From: Pocillopora damicornis
Lineage: Eukaryota
NCBI RefSeq assembly: GCF_003704095.1
Contig: NW_020846078.1
Location: 248,001 to 312,000 of the forward strand
DNA: 64,000 bases
Direction of reading: 5' to 3'
The notes beneath the pieces are model-generated. The model was given only the letters and a program-made list of their open reading frames with translations. It ran no database searches and was not told the DNA's origin. Positions 20,301-32,600 of this stretch are shown here, piece after piece. Each line of letters opens with the position of its first letter. The stretch's first letter is position 1. The translations under genes were made by a program, and so were the position numbers.

Positions 20301-22681
20301 TCCAAGGTCAAGAAAAGGGAAAATGATGTCTTCATTACGATTCTTTGCTATGGACTTCGGGATAAAATTTTTACTCCGTTGCATGAATCACGAAAACTGT
20401 AAGAGACAACATCAATAGGAATCTTTTCGACTTTTGAGCAACAGAGCCGGAGTTCTTTGCATATTTTCCTACGAGAGCATGCTCTGAATTGATAATTTTG
20501 ATTGGTAACCAAAGTTTAATCATTTTTCTCGAAGATATATTTATTCCATTAGAAATCAGTATTACAACGGTTCATTTCGTAAACAATTTTTTTGATTAAA
20601 TGACTTTTCCTCGTTCAATTCAAGAGTAAGGAAAACTAAATTAAGCAATAGACAGCACTTCCTATCAGTCTGTTGGCATAATGACCCACACAGGATGTTA
20701 GGAGAACATGCAAAAAGTTAGTAAAGTACGGGCCAGAGGCGAATGATTTACAAAGTTTTCGAGTGCATAGACGATAAGTTTTTGACCAATCAGGGCGCTC
20801 GTCTTATCTCAGTAATTTTATGAAACTTACTGTTTTTGGGAATAATTCGCACAGGGAAAAACTTCATTTTTATTCAAACCAATGGACTTTTCTTTCATAT
20901 CTAAATTATCGATGTAAATTGGCTCACTGATGAAAGATGGGAAAAGATAAAAAAAAATATGTCATTTAACTGCTTATTGCACAATTCAAAATATGTACAT
21001 AGTCAAAATATTCCTTTGAATTTATTTTAATGTTAAGAGCAATGGCTGTTTAATCTTTTTCTCTGATCGTATCGCGAATCGCATTTTAAAACTGGTCGAC
21101 TTAAATAAATCAATGGGTTTTTTTATGATAAAGTACATGTACTGGACAAATCAAGCATAATTGATTAATGCAAAAACGTGTTTTAGGTTGAGTTTAGAAT
21201 GATAACAAGATGCGATTGACCTTCGCTAACAAATGAGTTCATGTTTTTGGCAAATCTCGAAAAATTGCTTTTATCTTCCTTTGTGAATTTTTCTAAAGTA
21301 AGTGTTAAGTTGCCAGTTTTTTCATTCTTTTCATTTAAGCGGAGTAAATGAAGTGCAGAGAGACAAGTAGATGTGTATGAGTAACGCTTCACATGTAGAC
21401 ATTTTGTTCACGAACTAAAGATTGTTTGTATTAAACATTCTTTCTTTTTTCTAAGATAATCATTTAAAGAGCTTTTCAGAACTCAATCTACCGAACAAGA
21501 TTACTCTTTAGAACCGAACACTTTGGGTTGCAACCTCTGACACGATTATGACCTCGTCATTTGACCCAGAGAAACTCAAAAGCTAGCAACGTCAGGTGTG
21601 CTTGAATATTGAAATAAATGAAATGTTTTTATAATTGTTATAAAATAGTCTTTATGACGTCATTGTACATGTGTAAACACAAATCTATGCCCAATGTTTG
21701 TCGAATCGCTAAATTCCAAAGGTTGTACTATGATCCACCTTCAGTTATGGGGGAACATTTCATTAATTCATAGAGAGTTTCAGTACATCATTCAAAACGC
21801 GCTAATCTAACTCTCAAGATTGCTAGTGAGACTCTGTAGACATTTTGTACTTATCTGATTCGTTTTCGAGGAAGTGTTTATCTTTTTCCCTTCACTATTA
21901 ATTAATGGTTCGATAGTGTGCCTATAATGTGTTTAGCTCTTAGCTAGCGGTAAGAGTATCACACAGGACGCTAATCATGATCGAAAATCGATTTATTCAA
22001 GAATATTCTAATCATTCGTCACTAATCGAGGCAAATATTTGATTTGCAAAGTTTGTCTATTACAAACTACAGCATCTGTTACTTCAATAATATTAACAGC
22101 AATGTATTCCTTTCGCGACGAAAACAAACCTTTCTAGATTTTACGATTCCTTTTAAAATGATCGTGCGGAAAAAAAGCTTTGACTAAACTGTGAACCAAA
22201 CGCTACATAACTACTAAATTATTAACATTGGTAATACCTCACAAATACGTTTTGACTGAAACGAATTTGAGACATTTCCAATGCAGTAAACAATGCAATT
22301 AAATTTAATGGTATTCTCAAATTTTAGTGGCATTTTAGCGATTGTTGCTTTTTGTTTCAATCTTCCATTCCCGAAGAGCTGATTTAGTAATTATTTTTGA
22401 ATAGACTTATATCTTGTAGCATTACTTATTTTTAATTCAATGTGTTTGAGGCAATTTACACCTGCTAGCCAATAAGCGTGAAAAAGGATGTTTAATTTTT
22501 CTGGCCAATGGGAAACGATGTCGAAAAATGAATCTTATTGATATTAATAGCTGTTGAAAGATTCTAGAATAGGAGACCAGTGAGTTGAAGCTTCTCTTCA
22601 GAAAAAAACGTTTTATTGAACACACGGTCGCTCTATTATACTAACACATTATTTACACTAAACCTTGTTATCTCTCCTTAG

Positions 22682-22783
22682 AAAACCCGCTCAAAGCAGT
22701 ATGGGAGTTTCGTTTACAACGAGGAAGGGAACTGTCGTTATCTGGTTCCTAATTATAACATTCTTTCACGGACTACTAACAAG
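22682..22783 (+). other. Candidate exon encoding a signal-peptide-like sequence; linkage unresolved
   Basis: Acceptor tctccttag| and donor AAG|gtaaat. ATG at 22701 gives MGVSFTTRKGTVVIWFLIITFFHGLLT(R/S), ending in phase 2. Confidence 0.35.
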
Positions 22784-25700
22784 GTAAATAATGAGAAAAA
22801 TTCACACTGAGTATATATTTAATTATCTAGACAATATCCTTGAAAGTATTCAGATTCGCACTAAAGAAACTATCAATGTTTCGTTTACCCTTTTCCTTCT
22901 TGCGTAATATTTTCAACGCTCATTGTTCAGGAATACCGACTGCGATTCTCGACTATGTTTTTCTTGTCATACCCAAAACAGCGTGGGACGCCAAGCTGAC
23001 TAGAAAAATGCCCGAAGTTTACAAAACAATCTTTCTATTTATATGAAGTTTGAATGCGAAATAACCGCTCTGAAGGGAACGTACAAAACTGTCAAAGTGG
23101 AAAAAAACTCAACAGTCGCTCGTGTATTTTGTCACCTTTTTTTTAAAACCCATAATGAAAGTAATTTAGTTATGGTAACATAATGGCATAAACAATGTAC
23201 AGTAGAAATTGAAGTACCTCGAAACGACCGTACTTTCTCACTATAAACCACATCTAACTTTCTCCTCTGATATTCAACTCTATTGTTGTGTACTCAAATT
23301 GGAGATTTTTCATTAAAAAAATGGTTCACAGAAAGCTCGCACGTTTGAGATGTTGAAGGACATTAAAAATGGTTCATACACGTTTAGTTTAGGTGTTTTT
23401 ATTTTGCATTATAAAAATATGAATAGGGGCGTGTAAGCTACGAAACTGAGATCAATGGATCTCAATTGAACGACAAAACTTCCTCGGAAACACGGTTTTT
23501 TTCCGTCGGACACCCACTGTAAGAGAGTTAATTTTTTTGATGGGAATGTAAAGGGAGGTCTCGGCATACCATTATCAGTTTGATCGTAAGCGAAAATAGA
23601 TTAGGAAAATAAATCTAAATTAAAATACATTTTTGAAGCAACAGTGGCGAATATTTTGATAATTCTTGACGTATTTCTAAATATAGAACCAAAGAGGATT
23701 ATTAAAAATTTACTTCTTTCCGAATTAATTTACTGTTTATCATTGCAAGTGAAATTAATTGTTTTGTATTTTATAACGCAGAATTTGTTCCTGTCTTCCT
23801 TCCTCAATTACGCATATCACAGACAAAGAACTGACTTGCTATAAAAGTGTCATTCAGTTACCGTTTAACTTACACTCCATGTTATTTCATGCTAGCTACA
23901 CCAAAACTTTTGTATTTACATGAAGCTGAAAGACCATTTCTGTTGAATACCTAACTGACGTTTTTCCCACCTGAATGAATACTCTGGTGAAAAGGGAAAG
24001 AAATATTTTTCGGCTTGTTGTACTTGGTAGAGTTTCTCCCTATAAAACTATGGAGGATTTTGAAAGATAAAGTTCTAACGAGTCCAACAGATCACAACAC
24101 AAACTCAGTAAGTGACGATTCCCTTTTTTCACACTTATGAGTCTTACTCGTTCTTGATATCAATACGACGAAGTACATAACGAGCTTGAATTTAAAATAT
24201 GAGATAGCAATTTCATAAATAGGTGTAAGGTTGTTACGGTTTTTCGATGCACTTTTGTTTTGGTACCACTCCTATATTAAACATACAGTTTTATGTATTC
24301 TACCGAGACTAAAAGCAGAGCTTTCATTCTGTAGTTTTTGCACGAGAGTACAATAAAGCAATTTGCCTGAAAAAGGCTTTACAATTTTGAACGGACAGTC
24401 GTCTTGACGGACAGACCGACGGAAATCAGGTGAAAATCAAATTTCCAAGCCAGGATTGATTGTTCACATTCAATATTCTATATATTTTATTTTGTATTGA
24501 GTCCCCAGGCTGGAATTGTGTTCATACTAACCTTAAAATTTAAAACATGGCTACATGACAGAAACATTGGACAGGAAGTGAATTCAGAGTCCGTTATTTC
24601 CAAAACTGAATGACGTAAGAACCATTTTAATGTAAATAATTTACTCAAAAAAAGAGGTATCTCGCTGCTTGACACCAACAGTGATAACTTTAAGCCTACA
24701 ACACATGCAGGTATAAGGAGAGAACACGGTCATTCGCAGCCGGCGGCCCAGCACGTACTACTGATAAGCGCACGGTTTACGTGCGGTATTTTCCGCACAT
24801 CATCGTGTTTCTCTTAGTTAAGTTTTCAAAATTCATCTAAATTTTTCGGCAAAATGACGATGAAGTTTTTTTTTTTCTCGATATAAAATGGTAGCCAAAC
24901 TTTTAGTTGGATGTATTCTCTAAGGCTTCAGATTAGATAGCCGGCAGTAGCTCTTCCTTCTAGCATGATGTTTGATAATCCTTGGGCACGAACGTATGAT
25001 GAGTTCATGACGCCCCTAATATTTTCCGCCCTCTTGGTTTTGTTTTTTTTCATTTCTTTCATTTTATTTGTGAGAATTCTTTGGGAATGCTTCCGCTCTT
25101 ATTTTCCTCACTCCGCACCTTGGAAAGGAGGTTTGGGTCTAAAATTGGCTATTCTGAAGATATACTAATGGGAACGCAATTTTTTGCAAGTGTATTTTAT
25201 CGAAATTTCAATCCTAAAACAAGATCGTAAAACTGATGATATGGTCTTGACTACGTATTTTATACTTGACTGGATCGTTTCCAGTCTGTGCGGTTAAGGT
25301 ATTGTATTTGCATTAAGTAGAAGAATTGTACTACATCGATTCCCTCAATGCCGAGCCGGAGGCCATCATATGCAATAGTTAACTGAGTCAGCATTTTTTT
25401 ATACACTTTGTACAGATAAGTATTGAGAAGCGCATAAAGTTCTACAAATTTAGATTTTGCATGGAGCTGAATCAACGGAAGAATCTTTAAATCTTGGAAT
25501 GTGTTAATTCTCGTTTGCACCGCCCCTTCCCACACAGTTCAATTTTATCCATAGAACTTCTTTTTCTGATCGCCTTTAGAATCCAAAAAGAATTTATGAA
25601 GTAAAAAGGACTTTACCATTGGTCGTTACATTGTTCAGCGTTTCAAGTACTTTTGTCCTGATTGTAGAATTCGAAAAACAGCAACAACGTATTCGTGACG

Positions 25701-26053
25701 GCCTTAAGAGTAATCCTAAAAATGGACTGTTCAAGTATTGTTTGTTGTATTTTAAAGTGGTATTTGTAGGGACTCGGATTGGAAATTCAGCTAACCGCAG
25801 CGACCACTTTAACACGGAATGTGAATGAATTGCTATAAATGAGACATGGTGATATTTACATTTATGGTGTATCTTTTGTTTCGGTTAAACCCTGCAGGAC
25901 TTACTTGTTTTAAAAAAGCAACAACAAAAGCAGTAATAACTCAACTGCAAAAACATCAAAAACAAATTTTGTCACGCATCCAAAATGTAACTTAACAATA
26001 GTTTTTGAGGTCCCTAGAGGTGTTAATAAGGCAATGAGCTCCAATCCGCAATT

Positions 26054-29000
26054 ATGCGTTGGTGGCTAGCATTAGTGGTTAGCCTTGTAACTGTTTTTCA
26101 CCTGAAAGCTGAATCAGAGCCTGGGATACAAGATGAGTTGCGTAATATCAAGCAGTATTCTACACATACTTTATTGGGTATCAGCTGTGATCTATTTTTG
26201 AACAGATATACCGTCAGCATTGAAACTATTCGCTAAAAACTTGTGCCGGTGTTTTATAAATGAGTGGGCTGTCAGCTATTCTGCAAACAGATAACATCCC
26301 TACACACCCATCCCAAATAACCATTTATGACTTTATTGTCAGGAGTGTCCCAGGAGCTGGTTTTAAACGACTGCCCAGGAGTTTTAATAGTACTTTGACA
26401 AGAAGCAGCAAAAGAAAAGGTATACCGTATATTCAGCTAAAAAGGTAGCAAGATAGCTTAATCTAAACAGAGTTATATATTTTTTCCAGAATGAAAAGGG
26501 AATTTCAGTATTCTCCCTCATTTTTGTGTACGGGAACCACACCTGTCACCCGTGAGTTGTACCTTTTTTCGGTTGCACGGGAACCATACCTGTCACCCGT
26601 GAGTTGTACTCTTTTTTGCATGGGTACCATACCCGTCACTCATGAGTTGTACCCTCTTTTGCAAGGGTACCATACCTGTCACCCGTGAGTTGTACCTTTT
26701 TTCGCGTTTTGGTTTATTTCGCCTTGGNNNNNNNNNNAGTCGTCTTAAGTGAGGCCATTGAAAATTGTATGTCAGTTAACGGCTAATAGAGAGGGATGAT
26801 AGGAATTTACAGAGCCTTGTGGGCAAACCGACATCTTTGAGGATGTTTTAGTTGGACTGCATCCTTTTTCATCAGCTAATTACAGCTCGTAAAATGATTA
26901 TAACGACATCTTTTCATTCCTTTGAATAGCAGCCCAGTTTCCCGACGGATCGTACGCTAAAGTATCTCATATTATCGGCAAACGACTGAAACATTACGAT
27001 AAACATGTTCGCCCAAACGACACGGGTGAGACTTGTTGGAATATATATATATATTTTTGTTGATATATTTGACTTATTTTCTTAACGTTACGAGCGGTTC
27101 AGCAGTTATCATATTACATGCAATTTTAGTATTTCGTGCCTGCGCATTTGTCAGTTGTTTAAGGTCCACGAATTTTCAGATTCTTCAGTACTTTCGTTTC
27201 CTTTTGTCTAGAAACCTCAAAGCTTGCCACACAAGTGTCAGGGGTCGTTTCAAAATCCTTAAACCCGTTACATTCTATCGTCAGCATGTATATTCTCCAT
27301 ACGGTTTGTGTTGCTGTTGGTGCTGACAAGGGGGAATTTGTTGAAAAATCCGGCAAGAGCTGCTTTAGTTGGCGCGTGATCATCTCCTTAATTCTCGTGA
27401 CCTTAACGTGTGCTTCTGGAGTGATATTCGACGGATAAATTAGATGCTCGTCACTCGTAGGGGTCAAAGAGACACAACAAATTTAAACACAGTCATCATC
27501 GGACCATTTATTTTGTAGGACCTCCTGTTGAAGTTCTTATCGAGTTTAAACTAATGGCATTTGGAAAAATCAGAGAAGAAGATATGGTAAGTTGAAAGAA
27601 ATTTCACTGCGATTCAATTTCTCTAGTAATCAGTACCACGTGAGAGCGAAAGAGAACGAATCTAGAAAGAGCTTCAGTGCCATTAAGGCATCACAGCTTT
27701 TCATGAGTAAGTCTGCCAGAAACAGGACGAACTGGTATTTTGGTAACCCGTTATATGCTCGCTTGTATACAGAAAGGAAAGTTGGATCGGCATCCACCAT
27801 CCTCCTGCTCCAGTTATGAACAAATTAGTGGAAAAGTTTTGGGAAGATGAAAGTCAAAAAATATCCTTGTTTTGTTTATAGCTATGTAAGGTAGCATTTA
27901 TGGGCTTCATTCATAGCACAATTATTTAACAATTATGTCATCTTTCACTTTAATAAGGACTATACAATCGACATATTCTTCAGACAGTGGTGGAAAGATC
28001 CTCGATTGGCGCATGGACAAGATAAAGTTTTTAACGCCGCATTAGATCCTAGTAAACTGGGAAAAGGAATATGGACGCCCGACACGTATTTCCGAAACGT
28101 AAAAAATTCAAATTATCATTCAGTCAGTAGAGATAACATGCGACTGAGGATTTCTAAGGATGGAAGCATTTATTACAGTGCCAGGTAAATCAGTGATTCA
28201 ACGTAGAGTAACAAGGGCGTAGACCACATTTTCTTGTATTGGTGTCTTACATCAGCGCCCATCCGGCAATTAGAGGCATACCAGTTGTCATTTTACCATT
28301 GCACATCACTTTTCCCTAAAATATCTTTTTTCTCTAATACATTTGGGTTGAGGGGAGGGGGGTGGGGTAAGGTAAGATCTCCTTGTTGTCTGCCATACAA
28401 CTCTTAAGATGTTGGTTCGGAGAATTTGTGTTGTATCTACTAATAAATCCCCAAATTTATATTTATTGTTATTCTCATCAATCGTCTGCTTGATATTGTA
28501 TGGATATTGTGAGGAGAAATACCATCTTGGTCACTTATGGGAGTTAAAGGGTTAAGGTACTTTTGGAATTTCTGAACCCCTAAATGAAACTACCACAGAG
28601 CTACCAGCTGCTTATAGTAATAAGCCCACCCGCAGCCCACCCAAGAAAAAGGATGAAAGTTGATTCGTCACTTGCTCCTTCTATCAGGATAACTCTCACT
28701 GCTCTGTGTGATATGGATCTAAGGCTGTTCCCTCTGGACACTCAGAACTGTGATTTAGTAATAGAGAGCTGTAAGTATATAGACTTTAAAATACACGTTC
28801 TCATCGGCACAGCGTTCAGAAATTAGTAAACTTTTCAGTTTAACGCACTTTTAAATTGCGGTGAGGTGCGAGTGAAATGAACTACGTACTAAACAGTGCT
28901 AAACAGTAACAGTTCAAGAACAACACATACGGTACAAAAAAAATTTAACCTGATTAGATCTTCTTATGGTGAGAGCGACCTTCAGCCACTTTTTTGGAAT

Positions 29001-31436
29001 GTAAGCATAATAGCAGATTGCTTCGGGAAGAACTGTTCAAAAACTTATAATAATGAGGTATTTTCAAACAGACCACCGTACTGGTGACGCTCTGACGAAT
29101 AGCTAATGCTCGAAACGTCAGCTTTAGACACGCTTTGCACTGGCCAATTACTTTATCAACTTGGTCGATAAAACCAAATTATCGTGTTTTACTTGCCACC
29201 GGTGCAGCACCACAGTTTCTTTTGAAATCTATCCCCTTTAAGCCTTTATGGTTCATCGCCTTCTCCTCCTGCTGGTGATACTTGTTATCCTCTTCGGCCA
29301 GTTTTGTTCGTTAATGATAAGAATTTCAGTGATAGCTCCAACTTTGTTATTGCAGATGCATACACTGTGGACGATGTTATCTACAATTGGAACAATCGAG
29401 GCTCCAAGGCTATCGAGGTGTTCGCAGCTGAACTTGCTCAGTTTGATATGCTACAGATCGTTACATCCAAGAAAGCTAATACTAATAGCAAAGGTGAGGC
29501 TTTTAGAGGCTTGAAGCATTTCTGTGGAGGGGGAGCTAGAGAGAAGGGGAGTACGGTGAGGGAGACAAGGGGGACAAGGGGATAAGGGGACAAGGGGGAC
29601 AGGGGGACAGGGGGACAAGGGGACAAGGGGNNNNNNNNNNNNNNNNNNNNNNNNNNNNNNNNNNNNNNNNNNNNNNNNNNNNNNNNNNNNNNNNNNNNNN
29701 NNNNNNNNNNNNNNNNNNNNNNNNNNNNNNNNNNNNNNNNNNNNNNNNNNNNNNNNNNNNNNNNNNNNNNNNNNNNNNNNNNNNNNNNNNNNNNNNNNNN
29801 NNNNNNNNNNNNNNNNNNNNNNNNNNNNNNNNNNNNNNNNNNNNNNNNNNNNNNNNNNNNGGGGACCGGGGGACCGGAGGAGATAGGTAGAAATGGAGAA
29901 GATATGAAGGGGCCGGGTTTTTGTGTCGGTGGTTTCCCTGTCCGCCTAGCATAGAGAAACCTTTAAGCCTAACTTTCTACACTTTTTTATCCTCCGAAGG
30001 GTCCTTCGACAGTTTGAAGGCAACCTTCACACTCAAACGTCGAACAACGTACTTCATTTTTCAACATTTCATTCCTTCTGCGTTCCTCGTTTTCCTCTCG
30101 TGGCTTAGTTTCTGGATAGACAGACACGCTGTTCCTGCACGTGTCTCACTCGTGATCACGTGCATACTCAGCACCATGTTCTTATTCGGATCAGTTAACA
30201 ACAGTCTCCCTCGGATCTCGTACCTGAAGGCAGTAGATTACTATTTAATATCGTCGCTTACTTTTATCGTGTGCTGTATGGTGGAGTATGTGTGTGTCTT
30301 AAACTTCACGGATAAAGCAGCATCTTTCTTACTGAGGAGTCAAAGTCTGGCGCCGGTGAGTGTCATCAGTTGTTTAATCTTTGTTGAAATGTCAATATAC
30401 TTTCTCCTGTCCGCAAATGAACTTAACTTACCCGCAAATCCTATTGTGTCTGTGTTTAAAAATATACCAGCTATGTTGCTGGCTTAATGTCTGGAATTTG
30501 GGTGTGCAAATGATAGAAACTATTTCTTTTGAAGTCGGAATTCCTTCGACGAAATGTCTAGTAAATTATAACAGGTGAACGTTCCTTCACTGATCATCAG
30601 GCTCGTGTGGACGGAACAGTCGTTGAATTCATTCACACGGGGACATAGCTTTGGTCATCGCTTTGCGCTATTTTCAAATCTCATTCCAGAAGCTACTTTT
30701 ACACCTATCTTTGTCTGCATAATTTTAAACAATGCATAGCTTTAAAGCGATGGAGCGATGGAGCGATGTATTGCTGTGATTTATTGTTGCCATGCCTGTT
30801 GGTCGTAAAGTTTGTTTTGATCAACCAAACTAATCATAGTCCAGAGTAATCTTTAACTGAGTGTCGAACTGGTACTCCGGGATTGGTTTGGTTTTATTGT
30901 ATTTAGTTATGTGATTAGTACAGAAAACTCACGCCACTTTCTCAACCAATCCCATCTTGGTCACTCGTGTTTTCCCGCGCTTCAGGCAGTGACTTGTTTT
31001 TACTTCGTCTTCTCATTGGCTCCTGGTGACATTTTCCTTGCTGTGATTGGCTGTTGTGATTTCTTTGGTTTTAGTTTAACAATACTCAATTGCAAATCGC
31101 TCTAATGTTCAATTAATAATTTCTCTTCAGCCTCCAACACCAAATCCAACAAATTCTATCGCCGAGATGATGGACCAGCAAACGTTCAACTGTAACAAAG
31201 ACCGTCCTTTGAACGGAGTCGCAGGAGGCTTGTCTCTAAGAAAAGGTGTTTTTCTTCACGAAAATCTTTCTGCATCGAGGAAAAAGACTCCTTGCGCGAG
31301 CAATGCCTTTTTGGACGGTCTACCCACGAAACAGTTACCTCCTCATTACATTGACCAGTACGCGCGGAAAATCTTTCCACTTCTTTACGGACTGTTCAAC
31401 ATTGTGTACTGGTCTTACTATCTTCCACGACGATAA
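26054..31436 (+). CDS. Cys-loop ligand-gated ion channel subunit, GABA-A/glycine receptor-like (anion-selective type), ~453 aa
   Basis: Exons 26054-26141 (signal peptide, weak donor, least certain), 26930-27025, 27519-27586, 27958-28184, 28688-28770, 29356-29493, 30000-30355 and 31131-31436 join in frame (1362 nt). Motifs: YDKHVRP, FFRQWWKDPRL, IWTPDTYF, Cys-loop CDMDLRLFPLDTQNC, ESYAY, SWLSFWID, PAR before M2, LPRISYLKAVD, M4 IDQYARKIFPLLYGLFNIVYWSYY. Confidence 0.93.
26526..26702. repeat. Minisatellite, ~40-bp unit x4
   Basis: Unit tg(c/t)acgggaaccatacctgtcacccgtgagttgtacctttttt repeated four times next to an assembly gap. Confidence 0.9.
27259..27471. mobile_element. piggyBac-like MITE, reverse relative of 557-768
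   Basis: The reverse complement reads tttgacccctacgagtgacgagcatctaatttatccgtcgaatatcactccagaagcacacgttaaggtcacgagaattaagg, closely matching 563-650. Confidence 0.75.
28372..28555. mobile_element. piggyBac-like MITE, left end degraded
   Basis: Ends cacttatgggagttaaaggg-TTAA; interior matches 54209-54419. Confidence 0.7.
29085..29240 (+). mobile_element. Penelope-like element-derived remnant with a degenerate minimal hammerhead ribozyme motif
   Basis: gct-CTGACGA-atagctaatgctc-GAAA-cGTC-agc at 29089-29122, followed by tatcaac...gataaaaccaaattatc...gcagcaccacagtttct. Confidence 0.55.
29559..29880. repeat. G-rich minisatellite (GGGGACAA/GGGGACAG/GGGGACCG) spanning an assembly gap
   Basis: Tandem 8-9-bp units on both sides of the N run at 29631-29860. 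Confidence 0.9.
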
Positions 31437-32393
31437 CTCTATGTTGATTAACAAGACTGAAAGGAATGAATGCTGAGAGCACCTGACGGATGCGTGTCGT
31501 GGGGATGGATGCGTGGTGCTTCACACCACCCCTTATGTCATAAGCGCTGCAATAAGATGAGCAAGCTGAGATACTGAGGTTCTGTGTTGGCCTTCTTCAA
31601 TTACTCTCAGAATCAGGGTTACAGAGACACGCGAGGCGACACGCGGCGGACACGCAAGGTATATGTTATACCTCGCGAATACACGCTGTATGTAATCTAT
31701 ACGAGAACAAAATTCGCTACACGGGACTGATCTTAGAATAACTGTAGAGGAATTGGATTAGAATTAAGGTCTTTAGGAGGGTGTCAGTCTCAAAGCCTAG
31801 TGTTCCCTTTCCTTGCATTATTCGCCAAAATTTCTTTGAGTTTTGCTTTTACCTTTTTGACCATGGGTGAAAATCATATTTTCGAGAACGTATTAAAGGA
31901 GATGGAGGAAGTTTACGTTGGAGGTAGAGGCAAATCATCCAGTAAATACGCAAACTTGATGTTTGCATTCCGCTTTCTACATACTCAGAGTACGAGGCAA
32001 AACATTTCTATTAGCAATTTTCTCTCTCGCTGCACGGAATGTGATCTCAACATTTTCAATTTTAATGGCGCAGGCGTCAAGGATATTTGAGATTTTATGT
32101 AGAAGTAATGCGCATTGCCTAGAAATAAAGTTATCCGAGACATAAATATATTTGCATACTGTAATAAGCTAAGCCCTTCTAAATTCGATCAAATGATTGC
32201 CCGGCTTAAGTCATATCAAGAAGCAGACATGATAAGCTGGTGAAATCTTATTCGTCCTGCCTTATCGTTAAAAGCCGTACTGTCGATTGGAATAGCATAC
32301 AATTACAACCCTGCTTTCACAAACTAATGTTGCGAGCCTTTATCAATACCGTAAAAGGCAAAGTAAATAAAGTTAAGTCTCGGTAAAGCTATT

Positions 32394-32600
32394 TGACCTC
32401 TTCACGCCCAAGAACTTATTAGTAAATTCTCTTTAACGTCAGTCATATAACGGATGATGTTAGTTTGGAGAACTTATCATCGGATCAACTAATAATCCCC
32501 TAATTGATATTTTTTTCTGTTCTTATCACTTGCCTGCTTGGTTTTGTTTTGATAATTCAAGCAGAAATTCTCCTAGATCACCTATAAGAGTTTTAAAAAG
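32394..32600. mobile_element. Degenerate piggyBac-like MITE
   Basis: gtttggagaacttatcatcggatcaactaataatcccctaattgatatttt matches the interior of 54209-54419. Confidence 0.6.

Noticed and set aside
26526-26702. CRISPR-like array (also 39890-40131 and 58745-58915)
   Set aside because: No unique spacers, no cas genes, eukaryotic context; these are minisatellites.
29536-29952. Pro-rich ORF spanning the N run
   Set aside because: Translation of a G-rich minisatellite and an assembly gap.
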